Origin: the human T2T-CHM13v2.0 reference genome, Homo sapiens
Reading direction: 5' to 3' (one strand)
Length of the DNA stretch: 64,000 nt
Assembly: GCF_009914755.1 (NCBI RefSeq)
Contig: NC_060934.1
A program made the position numbers and the translations under genes. The notes beneath the pieces were generated by a model. It searched no databases and had not been told where the DNA came from. It saw nothing but the letters and a program-made list of their open reading frames with translations. Shown one piece after another: positions 23,691-37,680 of this stretch. How positions within the stretch are numbered: position 1 is the stretch's first letter; every line of letters starts with the position of its first letter.

Positions 23691-26600
23691 ACAGCATGAA
23701 GAGGCTATATTTCTATAGGCGAGCCGTATACAGATTCTCCAGGAATAAGGCACACAACGGAATGCCATCCCAAGGGCTGCACTTCGGAGACGTCGGAGCC
23801 TTCTCCACGCACCTTCCGAGCTGGGCCCACGGGTTCTGTTTTGTCTTTTTAGCTGGACTCACACGTATGGACAGACACAGACACGGACGGGGTCACCGCA
23901 TGGGGGCGGAGGAGGTCGGACGGCAAGGTTGGCAACAGAGAAGGATAAGCCCGCTGCCACAGCCCCCAGGGGACCGCTTGGCCATCTCGCTGAAGGCTGG
24001 AACACCCCCATTTCAGGGTTAGTCGTTGGACTGAGCTACAATGTAGTGAGGTTGGATTAAATATTCGTTTAGAGTAGATTCAAGTCTATTAGATGCTGGA
24101 GGGCTGGTGTAAGGGCTCCGGTTGACATTTCCAAGTTCAAGGAGCATGGCCTGGAGGAGGCGTGGCTCAGATGGCAAAGCTCCCGAGCGGCGAGGCCAGG
24201 CTTTGCCCCACTTCTTCTTCCCTCCTGGGGCCCTGCTGATTGAGAGCCCTCCCACCAAGCCAAGACGCTGGTGGACCACAGAGGGGCTGGTTAGTCAAAT
24301 AAGCTGCTTCTTCCCCTTGCCCACTCCCTGTCCCTCTACAAAATTAATAAAACCGTAATAACAAGATAAGAAGAAGAAGGTGCAAGAGAATGGATTACAA
24401 TGCTGTTTGTTATCCTCAGTGGAAGAGGCACAAAGGGGTCACCATTCCCTTTTTCACTATGTATCGAATTATAGCTTCCCTTAAAAAAGGCAATACTTTC
24501 CAAAATACACATATGTATAAATACAGGACAAGAACATATTAATAAGTCTAAACACTTGAATAATATGCTGTCTACTTAATACTGATATTTTCATCCAGGG
24601 AAAACAACACAGAAAAACAACAATATGGCTTAAAGAATTGCAAAGATTTTTTTTCCTCATCAGAATTATGTACCAACTTCATATAATATTCTATGTAGAC
24701 AATATTTCCTTCTGAATGTAGTTCAGTTGCATATTTTTACAGACCAAAGCATAGTAAAAAACAAACAAAAACCAACCAAAAACCCAATAACGGGAAACAG
24801 AAAAGTTCTCACCATAAATATTTTCTTGCAGCTCAACCAGAAGGTTGGCAAAATACTTCCAGAAATCTTTGTTTGATATTCTCTTGCCCTCCTGAAAGTT
24901 CTGAAATTTTGAAAATGCCTCTCTTTTTGTTTGTTTTAATCTCAAAAATCAAACAATTATATTTTTCTTTTCTTTTTTTTTTTTTAAAAAAAGGCCCTCA
25001 AATATATACAGACAAAAAATTACTGTGAAGATTTTTTCGGGAAAAGCTACCAAATTCAGTGTTGTGAGAAAAACTGGTAACCATGCAGAAATTTTAACAT
25101 CTATGAATTTTTTTTCCAAAATACACACATATTTTTTTAAAAAAGGAATTCTGTGTCAAGTATAACTCAAAATAAATACAAATTCACAAGTAGAACTATT
25201 GAATACTTCATATGGGGTAAACACCATTATCTCCCAACTAGATCGCTAGATCTACCAACTGCAAGCGATTGTCCCTTTTGAACGTACTAAAACCACACAC
25301 TTTCCCATCCCCTGGGCTCCTGGCCCTCTGAGCACTTAATTCTCAATGGCACCTGGCCTGCATGGCAGGGGCTTTGCTGACCACAAGAGAGTTCCCCAGT
25401 TCAGCCAGAGCCGAGTCAAGGGGAGTATGGAAGGTGGGCCTCAAAGCGGGAACCCCAGCCCCCAAGGTGGCTGGCTCTGCACAGATGGCAGGGCAGTGGC
25501 TACCTGCTGAACAGCTCACTGGCAAGGTCACTTTGGGGTGATATCCCAACTCCCCTTAGCCCGTGCAGGGAAGCCCTGGCCTCCAGTGGTCTGGGGCCTG
25601 GGTTAGTTTTAGGGTGTGGGCCCCCCACCTTTGCAGCACAGCTGGCAGGCCCCAGGCATCCTTGGGCCAAGGTCCCCCATGGCCGGGTCCCTGGAAGGGT
25701 TGGCACAGGCACGCCGCCCACCACTGCGAACATTCTCTTTAGCAGTGCGGTAGGATGACTGTCAGTGGCAGCTTCTCCTTGGGACAGAAGCCTGGGCCGG
25801 GGCCAACCCCAGCTCACCTCAACACCTTGGAGAAGACGGGGAACAACGTGCTCGGGGAGTCCTCAGTGGCAGTCCCCAGTGGTGGCAAGGGTGTCCACAG
25901 CCTGCTGCCTGGCCTGGAGCAAATACCTTTTTTAAGTGCTCAGAGGGTATGGCCCCTCAAATCCACCCTGCAGCTCCCTGGCTGCAAATACACTCACTCC
26001 ATCTTTTCAACTCGCTCCCTGGACCCCTGGTTAACACTTCACTGTAACTCCTCAGTTGTACAAAGCATTTTCATTTGAATACAAAAGGCAACTGGACACC
26101 AGATGGGCATCCTTGAGCCATGGTAAACACTGAATTTCAGGCTCATTTCTTGGTCTGATTTTTTTTTTTTCCCACAGAGGCATAATGTAGGGGCAAAATC
26201 AAGAGACCCAGTTCTGACAGCCGGGAGAAAGGAAGGGTCAAGACCATGGAAACGGGGCTTCTCATCCGGGAGACAGAGGAGCGCACGATCCCGCCGCCAG
26301 CCAGGACAGTGGGCTCCCTGGCCACGGACGTGCCACGAGGCCTCTCTGCTCCCTTGGGAGGTAGGAAATTATTGTCTCCATTTTAGAAAAGAGGGGTTCT
26401 GTGGCTTGTCTCAGGGTTCTCCATGTCAGGGGCTAGGAGACCGAGGTGAGAAGGAGGGGGCTCCTCCATGTTTGCAGGGGTGGGGGATGAAAAGCAGGGC
26501 TGGGGCTGCAGGGGCCAGCAGGGGAGGACTCAGCATCCCTCAGCTTGACTTCCTAAGACACCAAGTGAAGGGTCACGATGCGGGGTACCTGGCACCTGGG

Positions 26601-26719
26601 AGGTTTCTCCCACCATTCTGGGTGAAACTCCCCAAATAAAGCTCCAGGACACAGCACCGGCCAGCCTGAATCCCAGAACAACAGAGCTGAAATGGGCCCT
26701 CTGCTCTCTAGTGTTATGC

Positions 26720-26830
26720 TGTCATTTAACTAATGGGGAAACTGAGGCCTGGAGATGCGAAGTCCTTGCCCAAGGTGACACAATGCGTCGGCAGCAGGGC
26801 AAAGACTTGAGCCGAGGTCTCCAGAACACC
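26720..26830. mobile_element. MIR fragment inside the ZCCHC24 3'UTR
   Basis: atggggaaactgaggcctggaga...cttgcccaaggtgacaca. Confidence 0.7.
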
Positions 26831-27685
26831 AGGCTTGTGTCCTTTCTGCTAGAACAGACACGCTGGGCTTCCACACTGGGCCCAGCTATCTTGATGTGGA
26901 CCCCCAGAGTGGGTGGGAGGCAGAGGGGAAGGAAAGGGAGTGGGGCTGACAAAACCTAAGGCAGTCTGGTGGGGGTCGTGGGAGGGGCTGCCCCACGTTC
27001 ACCAGGACGCATCTCTCCAGCATTCTGTGCCTCCCCCATGCCTAACCCCTCCTATCTGGGTCCATAGCGTGGGGAGGGGGGCACACCCAGGTGCAATGCC
27101 AGTGATGTCAGAGGGGGTCTGGATTTGGGGCTTAAGGTGGGCAAGGGACAGAGAGGTCCACTCCCCAGCCGCTGTTGGAACACATGTCCCCTTGCCACGA
27201 TTGCTGACTCAGGAAAGAGGGATTTCCGAGAGTGGCTTTCCATACAGGGCAAACCGGAAGGTTCTGGGTGGGGGCAGGCGGCCTGCCTGGTCTGGGGAGG
27301 TTTGGGATTCACAGTCAATTTAGTGCACCTGTGGCCAATACAAGGCTGCTCACCCCAAAGAGGCTCTCAGAGGCGAGCCTGTGGGGACACCCAGGGCTCC
27401 TGGACATGGGCTTTTGCTTGCCTTTGTCCCCTCCACTGAGACCCCAGGCCCGCCTGCAAAAAGCCCCAGACTCCCTGCTTTCCCTGGCCTGTGGGGGGCA
27501 GCAATGTCAGTAACACTGTTTGTCAACACACACAAGACAAGGACGCTAAGAGCCCCCGGCCCAGCCCCGCAGGCCTGCGAGGGCACCCCATGCACAGGGC
27601 GACACGCAGCCCCTCGGAGTAGCACAGGGAAGCAGCGTCTCCTCGGGCTGGCGGGGGGTGGCTCTGGGTGCGGGCGGGCAGCCCG

Positions 27686-28015
<330 letters not shown>

Positions 28016-30857
28016 TCACAGGTTGTTTCAGCCACGGTGCCGGGGCCCTCCTCCTGAGCCCGCATGCAGGCGTCTGAGTCCTAGGGCACACAGGTGGGGC
28101 CCTAGGCTGGGCCAGGGCTGTGGAGGGGCCTTGTACCTGGCACCCTGGCCATGTGCACTGCTCTGCTCTGCCCTGAGTGCTGCCTGAGGAGCCAGCACCT
28201 GAAGTTCACGTGAGTCCAGGTTAGAGGCAGGACACGGGTGCAGCCTGTCAGATGAGGAAACCCAGGCCCACAGCAACGGAGGCCTGGACCCACATCTCCC
28301 GACCCCAGCATCTGGCGCCTCTTCCCTGGCCACTCTCCACTCGCAGCCCTGCTTGTGTGGCCTCAGAACTCAAGGGAAGCCTAACCCGGACACAGTCACA
28401 GTGCTTCGGGCTTGTGGTGAGTGAGCTCCATGAGTGTTGATTGACCCCCACATCTCAGGGCCGGCCCAGTGCCCTATTTGTTGAGGCTGCATGAATGAAA
28501 CCTCAGTTTTCCAACAAGGAACCTGAGGCCCAGAGAAGGGAGGTGACTTGCCGGGCCTGTCCTGCCACACACTCACTGGGTGATCTCAGGGAGCCTCCGT
28601 TTCCATATCTGTGAAGTGGGCCATTCACAGTGCCTCATTTGCAGGGGACTGGGAGGATCCAGAGAGACGTCTGGGAGTGTGTGAACTGGACAGCGGAAGG
28701 CACAGACGAGCACATTTCTATTAGAGAGGGAGCTTCCCTGCTCGCTCTTTTCCTCCCCTCCTGACTCTCCAAAGCTGGCGAAGACTTGTTTCCCTGGAGA
28801 ATTTATGGAGGCTATGACGAAGAGCTCCTGAGTGGATGCTTTCTTGGCCAGCTCACGGGGATGCTGCCTTCTGTTCAGCTGGAGCCCCTGCCTGCAGAAG
28901 GGTCCCCTGCATGGACATGGGGGGCTCACAGGAAGCTGGTCAGGGCCAGCCTGGGGCCACATGCCCAGGAGAGGGGGCAGGAGAACCTGGACTGCAGACC
29001 ATGGCCCGGATGACAGGGGAGGGCAGCAGAGGGTGTGCTCTGTCCCCCTGGCCAGGCTGTGAATGGCTCAAAAGTAGTATACTGGCTTCTCCACCCAATC
29101 CACAGTCTTGGCCCCAAGAGGACACTCAGAGCGGTCTGGGAATGGAAGAGTCAGAAGGTTCTAGAAGGCAGGTGGGGAGACTGTGGTGGGAGGGTTCTGA
29201 TCCAGGGACCACCCTTCTGCCCCTGGCCCAGGGGTCATAAAACCCATCCCTGTGCTCCCAGGCTTAAAGTCACAAAGCCAAGGCCTGGAGGGAAAGACAG
29301 GCACGTCAACCACATCACAAGAGGCTTTCAGGTGACTGGCTTCCCTGTCCAGCTTTCATCCTGGCCAGGGAAGAGAGGAGTTGGACTTCCTGTCAGACCT
29401 GGGCTCGAATGCCGGCTCTGCTACCTAAGAGCTGTGTGACCTTGGGCAGGCCACCTGTCCCCTCTGGTCTCCATGCTCCCATCTGTGAACAGGGATGCTG
29501 ATAACAGCTTTCTCATGGGCTTGTTCTCACCAGACGACTCAATGGAGATAATGAATACAAACAGCCCGGCATGCAGAAGCTGTCTGTCGTTTGTCTTATC
29601 GGTGGGAGGGGGACACCAGCTGGTGGAGGGCTATCAAAATTAAGCCAAGATCCCAAGGTGAAAGGACCTAGGAAGGGCACGTTCCCTGCTTTCCTGGACG
29701 TCCCAGGGAGACCTCCAACAGCTCCTCCATCTGGGGCTTGGGTGCCCTCAGGGCTGGAGAGCTGCCTGCTGGCAGAGCCCACCGCTCAGTTTACTGCCTG
29801 CACTGTAAGAAGACTTCCCACCTTGAGTTAGAATCTGGGTCCCTGTCACCTCATCCTGGAGATCCCAGCCACACAGACTCTGCTTGGCTCCCAAAGGACG
29901 GTCTGATCAGTACAGTCGTGAAGTGTCCCCTCCAGCACACCAAAACAAAGCTGGTTTGCAGCCCCCACCCCCTTGACTGGCCAGGGCCTCTTCCTGGACC
30001 CAGTCTTCCAGGACAGGCCAGAAAGGCCAGACTCAGCAGGCCCCACACAACCCTCACTCCCCATGGCTTACACATTATGTGGCAAAGTACTGCCACCTAA
30101 GTCAGGCCACCTAATGTCACCACCTCCCTGTGAGTGGCACAGGGAGGAAACAGGTCACAGATATATGGGGAAGGGAGTTTCCACAGATGAGGCAACTGAG
30201 GCTCCAAGACGTTAGGGACATCCCTGGGGCCTGCAGTGAGGAGGTGGTAGGTAGGGTGGCTGGAAAGCCACACATGCTGTTTCCAAGCCCTGCACTGCAG
30301 GGACATACTGCCTACCGCCTGCAGCTGGCCCCACTGGCTACACTGTATTGGGGCTCAGGGCCAGCTTGTGACCAGTGCCCACCCCAGACTGCAGCACTCC
30401 CTCCCAGCCCGTCTGAGTCCCTGGCTTTCTGTCCCCAGGGCAGCACCCTCCTGTGTTTGATGGAGGGGAACGTGTCTTCACAGGCACAGCGCTCTCCCCT
30501 GGGAATTCACTGGTACCTGCCAGCTGCACCCACCCTGACTGGCATCTGCCTTCTGAGTCTTCATCTCTGGGGCTGACAGAGGTTTTGCAGGCCCAGGACT
30601 GAGGGCAGAACCTCCATGGAGACTGAAGGGGTCACTGCCAGCTTGTTTTGAAGACTGTTCTGGAAAACTCTGTGTCTGGTGTCTTCTGCAACGTCTCCAT
30701 ATGACATGATATCACCAAAGTCAGATAGACAGAGCTTTGCATGCCAGCTCTGCCGCCTATCAGCTAAGGGCTGTTGGGAAGGATCTTTCTCCTCCACAAC
30801 CTCAACTTGCCCTTTTGGGATCTGGGTGAGAGGTTAATAACATTCACTGACTTTTTC

Positions 30858-30861
<4 letters not shown>

Positions 30862-30905
<44 letters not shown>

Positions 30906-30911
30906 TGTGTG
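30862..30911. repeat. (TG)n microsatellite, about 21 perfect units
   Basis: Direct observation. Confidence 0.95.
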
Positions 30912-30932
30912 ATAGAGAAGTAAATAAGATGA

Positions 30933-31511
<579 letters not shown>

Positions 31512-32949
31512 TGATTGTCTTAAAGTATTTTATAACCATAAAAAGCTCCAGAAGACTTAGTGATTGCTGTGTGACCTTTAGCAAATCACTTAACTTCTCT
31601 GGGACTCAATTTTCTCCTCCATAAAATGGGGGCTAAGTCTGTAGGCTAACTCTACATGATAGGGTTGCTGTGAAGAGTAAATTAGTCTATGCAAAGGGAT
31701 TAGAACAGTGCCTGGCACATAGAGAGCATTCAAAATGTTGGCCAGTATTGGTATCATGTGTTATATAGGGTTAGGGGCAGCATGGGGGCAGGGGAAACAG
31801 CGAAGTCCCGGGTGAAATGATCTTGAAACATCCTTGCCAGCACCCTCCTGGGCTCATCTGAGCTGTGCCCCCTCCTTGGCCATGACCCCATGGTGGGAGT
31901 TCCCTCTGTGGGCACGGGCTCTGGCTCGACTGCTCAGCCCTGCTTGGCCTGCCACTGGGCGAGGAGCCTGGGGAAGCTGTCAAGACATTCCCCTCGGCAG
32001 ACGGAAAACACTCTGCAGCTGGGGCTGACTGTGGTGGAGGGCCTCCCCCACTCCCTGCAGCAAGGCAAGGCCCAGTGGTGTTTTCTTCTTGAGGGGACCG
32101 GAGTCGGTAGGGGGAGCTGCAGCTGGAGGCCGACAGGAAGCAGATGTGGCGGCCAGGAGAGTGGGGAAGTGGGGGGTTCTCCAGAGACGGAGGCCACACA
32201 GGTCAGGGCTCTGTGGGGCAGGAGAAATAAACCAGCCCTCTCCACCGCGGGGCAACATGGGGAGCACCGCCGCTGGGCTCTTCAAAGGCTCCCGACAGCT
32301 GGGGGATAGAGAGGCACCACTCTCACACCCCCTCCCAGCTTGGGAGCTCAGGAGAGGAGATAGAGCCCTGGGCGGTGGGAGACCTGAGTTCCAGGGCCCC
32401 TTGACACCAGCTGACTGGTCACTGGTCACTTGACTACTCAAGTCCTGTCTCCTTTTGGGGCCTCAGTGTCCCCAGTGCACACAGTAGGTGCTCAACAGTG
32501 GCCTAATGACTGGAAGAGGGGAAGGGCCCAGCCACACACTCTTGAGGGATCCTTTAGATTGGGTCCTGGGAGAGCTGATCCTGAATGTGGAGATGGGGGA
32601 CAGGTGGTCAGGGAGCTGTGCTGGGACTGAGCTTGGCAGGATGGAGATGGCGAGGCAGGTGGGGCCGTTGCCAGCTTGGGGATGGTGACACAAGCCAGGA
32701 ATGGGCCTGGCATTGTGGAAGGGGCATGGTGAGGAGCCCTGCCCAGCCAGAAGCTGGGGCAGTATCGGGGCAGGGGCTGAGGGCTGGAGCCACTGCGGAG
32801 ACTGGGTTCCTGTGGGGCTTTGGTGCACAGGCTGGGCCCTGTCTCTCTGCTTAAGTCACAGTGGGGGTCGTAAGGACCCAGCCCCCAGGACTGTCAGCAC
32901 AGACCCCAGCAGCCCCCATACATCTGAGGCCCTGCAGAAACTGGGCTGT

Positions 32950-35230
32950 TCCTGACTCCTGCCCCCAGCCAGCCACCATTATCTGCCTTCCCTCCTCCCC
33001 TGCTCCCTCCCAGGCCACTTATCTGCCCTTCCAGGCTCCAAGCTATCCTCCGGGCCCCCGGTCTACTGACCTTCTACCCCATCAGAGCTGTCTTACATCT
33101 CTCCCTCAGGGTAGCCTTCCCCCAGTAGCTCCCGGAGCGCTCTCCCCTCCTGCCTCCTCTGTCTGCTTGTCCTTTGCGGTGACTCAGTACACATGGATGG
33201 CCCATCCCACCCCTGGCTCCTCCATCCCCCACTACCTCATCGACAGTGACCTTTCCCTCCTACCACCCCTCAGCCACACCCTAGACTTGGGCTTCTTCAG
33301 AAACCACCCATCTCTGCCCCCTCGTTCTCTCCTTCCATTCCACTGGCTCCCAGACTCCACCCAGTCCACAGGCCCACCCGGCCTCCCTCTCCACCGGTCC
33401 CGTCTAGCTTCCCTTCCCTGCCGATGCCCCACGATGAAGCACGGTCATCATACTTTTACAAATAGGCCCACCCCCCAACCATCTGCCCTCTGGAGTGCTC
33501 GCCCAGCCAACCTTTGCCCCGTGGACCCTCCGTACACCAGGCCTGGCCTGCACCTGCCAGGCGAGCTGTGCTGGAGCAAGTCACGGAACTAGGCTGATGC
33601 CTGCCACTGCATTAGGATTGCACACCTCCCTGGGCCTGGGATGCGGCTGGGTGGTCCAGCCAGCTTTCCCTAGCAGGCTGCTTCCTTGCTCATCCTTCCT
33701 CAAGCCCACCCCAGCCCGCTTGTCTCCCATTCACTGAGAAAACAGAAGCCTTGGATGTGAGGTTCTTCTTTGCACCATCCAACCCATGAAACTTCCTAAT
33801 TACCCCCTCTTCTCCCTCCCTCCTGTGCCGATGGGTGAAGCATCCCCCATTTTGCCCCTGCACCATCAGCCCTTTGCTGTCTTCTAGATCATTCTCACCA
33901 GACTGCACTGGGCTCCAAGCTCTACTATCTCCACAACACCCAGCCCAAGGGCTCCTTCCCAGTTGCGGCCACTGCTGTGATTCTCTCAACAATCAAACTC
34001 TCCTCAAGAGAGTGGACAATGAGGCAATTCCCTCTGCAGCCAGATCCACACCAGCCTCCCCTAACACTGCTCCATGGACACTGCCTTGACTTTCAGGCCA
34101 GCTACAAATCAGCACCTCCACTCTCACCCTCATGCCTGACTGGCCGGGCTTCTGTGCTTCTCAAACCTTGGTTGTAGTTCAAGTTCCCCATGTAAAAGTA
34201 ATGCTTTTGTTTTGCTTTGTAAAATTTGAGGACCATCGCCTTATTGCCAGATTTCTAAGGCACTCCTCTGTGGTCTCTATACCTGACATTTGAGCACCAA
34301 CCACCAGCCAAGCCTCCAACAGCACTCTCCCGACCCCACCCCAGGCTTCTAGGACTCCACACCCCCTGGTTCTCCTTCTCCTTACTGGGTCTTCCTCCTC
34401 TATCTGACCATCAAACACTGGGATTCAGCATCACTTGGTCTAGGGAATCCCTTCTCTACTCTGTCTACATTCTTTCTGCAGGAACTCAAATCCATTCCCT
34501 ACTACGTTTAGGTTGATGACACCCACTTACATTTGGGCCATCTTGACTTCTCACATGAGCTTCAGAATTACAGATCTAACTGCCTTCTTGACATCTCTAA
34601 CTGGATTTTTGCAAACATCTCAAATGTAACCTGTATCAGAGGACCCCTGGTTTCATTTCCAACATCTGTGTCCTGCCCAGGCTGCCCAGTTCAGGAACGA
34701 CCTCCTCTATCCATTCAGGTGCTCCAGCCTGCCTGGGGTGGGACTGTTCTCCTAGGCTCCTGTTCTTCCCCCACATTCCACCACCAATCTGGTGATGCTT
34801 GGTGTCACATCCAGCTCCAGAGCCACCTCCAGAGTTCAGTCCCCTCCCAGCTCACATGAGGCTATGCTATTGGCTTTCCCACTGGTTTCCACACTCAATC
34901 TCTGCACACAACCAGAGTAACTGACTTAAAATGAATCTGAAAGCCCTGCTGCTCTTGGGTCCCTCGAGTGCCCCCAGGGCTCTGTGACTGCCCCATCTAG
35001 CCCTCTACCCCAAGCCTCTTGCTGCCCTCTCCTGCGCTTTCACTGAACCGTGGGCCTGAAGCACCCCAAGTCCTTACAGCCTCAGGGCATTTGCACCTGC
35101 TGTGCCCCCTTCCTAGGATGGCCAGCCCCCCACTTGTGATAGGCCTAGCTTCCCCCCATCCTCCAGGTCCCCAAGTCAGCATCAGCTCCTCTGAGTGGCT
35201 TTCCCTGTGCAGCTGCCTGAGGTAAGACCT
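32950..35230 (+). mobile_element. Decayed L2 LINE fragments
   Basis: C/T-rich L2-like text such as cttgacttctc...aactgccttcttgacatctc...ttggat and cctcagggcatttgcacctgctgt. Confidence 0.6.
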
Positions 35231-35513
35231 TCCTAGGAGGAGCTGGCCCTACCCCTCCCACATGCCCGGGCCTGGTGCACACAGCCACCCTGTTGACACT
35301 GGCCGACTGGATGGATCAAGGAAGGAAATTTGAGTTTTCTGCTGCTTCCTGCTGTCCGCACATCTCTGTCTCACAACAGCACACCCTGTTCACTAGTTTT
35401 ACAATTCCCCGGGGTTCTCTGGTCTCAAGATCTTGGTGCAGTTGCCCCATCATCCTCCTTCCCTTCCCTTCCCTCCCATTTCAGATGAGACAAGGAAAGA
35501 AAGGGTCAACTTA

Positions 35514-35777
<264 letters not shown>

Positions 35778-36159
35778 CTACAGGGCAGGAAGCAAACACA
35801 GGGGATTGGAGTCCAAAGGCCAAGATGATGCCCCACAGGGTTCCCCTGGCCTCCGCCTCAGTCTTCATGTCCTGTGTCCATGTGTGCAGGCACCTTTTGT
35901 CCCCAGTCTAGATAATACCAGGGTCATCCCCAGAGCACAGACGGGAATCCGAAGGCTGGGAGGCACATAGGGAACAGAAAACAGAGGAGATGGTGAAAAA
36001 ACAGAGGAGATGGCGCACGTCTCTTCTAGATTTAAGGAGTAAAGTACTCAATGGTGGCTGGAAATTACTTCCTTAACTCACACGTCATCAAGGGCAGCTG
36101 GTCTCATGGGCCTGCACACAGGCACTCTTTGGCCTACCCAGCAGTGTGCTTTAAAGGGT

Positions 36160-37680
36160 CATTGAAGAGGCAATACAAGCACGGAAACTGGTGGCAGTGC
36201 CAATGAGTCTTCCTCCTCCCTGCACCCAGTCAGCTCCCCTACTAGGAGGCAATCTAAATTCCCTCACACCACTCCAAAGGCGGGCCCTGCATTTACAGAT
36301 GCATATGACATGCACATTTGTACATACATTCTTTTCCCTCATGAAAATGGAAACAGATTATCCATCTGGTTCTGCATCTTCCTGGTTCTGCATCTTCCAT
36401 TCTAAAAATTTATCTTATTTTATTTTTTCGAGACAGGGTCTCGATATATTGGCCAGGCTGGACTCAAACTCCTGGGCTCAAGGGATCCTCCTGCCTCAGC
36501 CACCTGAGTAGCTGGGGCTACGTAGGTGCATACAGCTGTGCCTGGCTACTGTTTTTTTTTTACTGAATAATACATCTTAGAGTTTTCCCTACATAACTAC
36601 AAATAGAGCTACTGCATTCTGTTTAACAGGTGCACACAATATAAGTCCATGCAAGCTCCGTAGTGCATTGACCAGTTACTATTTTAGAACATCTAGCTTG
36701 TTTCTGTTCTCCCATTATTACAAACAATGCTATAATGAATAACTTCATATATGTATCATTTTGCACATGTGTGAGTGTATTTGTGAATATAGAAGTGAAA
36801 TTGTTGGGTCAATGGGTATGAGCACCACTAATTTTTAAAGAGCAAATTGCCACTGCCCCTTCTTCCCACATACTGCAGGTATCCCAACTTAACATTCCAT
36901 ATCAGCATCAACAGAGTTTTCATTATCACCAATCTAAAAGGTAGAAAATCTTCTCAGAGGAGCTTTGACTTGTATGTCTTTTATTATGAGCAAGAGTGAA
37001 TTTGCCATGCATTTAAGACTCACTTGTGTTTCCTTTGTGAACTAATTGTTCATACTTTTTGTGATTCTTTTTTCATGCAGGAATAGCCTAATATTTTTCT
37101 TGTTGATTTGTAACTGCATTTTATATATGAAAGAAACTAGCTATCTCCCACACAGTGTTATTTTAACAGCTTTGCTGATATAATTCATGTATCTTCCAGT
37201 TTACCCATTTAAAGTGGACAAATCAATTGGTTTTAAGTAAATTCACAGAGTATACAGTCATCACCACAATCTAATTTTAGAATATTTTTATTGACCCCCC
37301 AAAAGTAGCCCTATACCTAGTAATAGTCCTTCCCCATCCTACTCCCACTTCCTTATCCCACACAGCCCTAGGCAGCCACTAGTGTACTTTCTGTCTGTCC
37401 GGATTTCCCCATTCTAGGTATTTAATATAAGTAGAAACATACAACATTTGTCCTTTTGTGTCTGGCTTCACTTAGTGTCATGTTTTCAAGGTTTGTTCAT
37501 GCTACAGCATATGTCAGCACTTCAATCCTTTCTGTTGCCAAATAATATTCCACTGTATGGATATGCCATGCTTTATTACCCCATTTATTAGATGATAGAC
37601 ACTGGGGCTGTTTCTAATGTTTGACTATTATGAATAATGCTATTATGAACATTCACGTGCAAGCTGCAAGTGTTCTTAAA
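36160..37680 (-). mobile_element. Old L1M 3' fragments with an Alu monomer at ~36410-36548
   Basis: ttacccatttaaagtg.aca, catcaccacaatctaattttagaatatttt, tatgaataatgct. Confidence 0.75.

Larger units (their letters stand above)
23665..27685 (-). other. ZCCHC24: ZCCHC24 3'UTR (~4 kb; distal end approximate)
   Basis: Largely repeat-free sequence after the stop codon, with an AU-rich block at ~24.3-25.3 kb. It ends just past an ATTAAA hexamer followed by U/GU-rich sequence. Confidence 0.8.

Noticed and set aside
32861-33592. 243-aa Pro/Ser-rich ORF on the plus strand
   Set aside because: It is C-rich decayed L2-like sequence antisense within an intron, low in complexity, with no recognisable domain.
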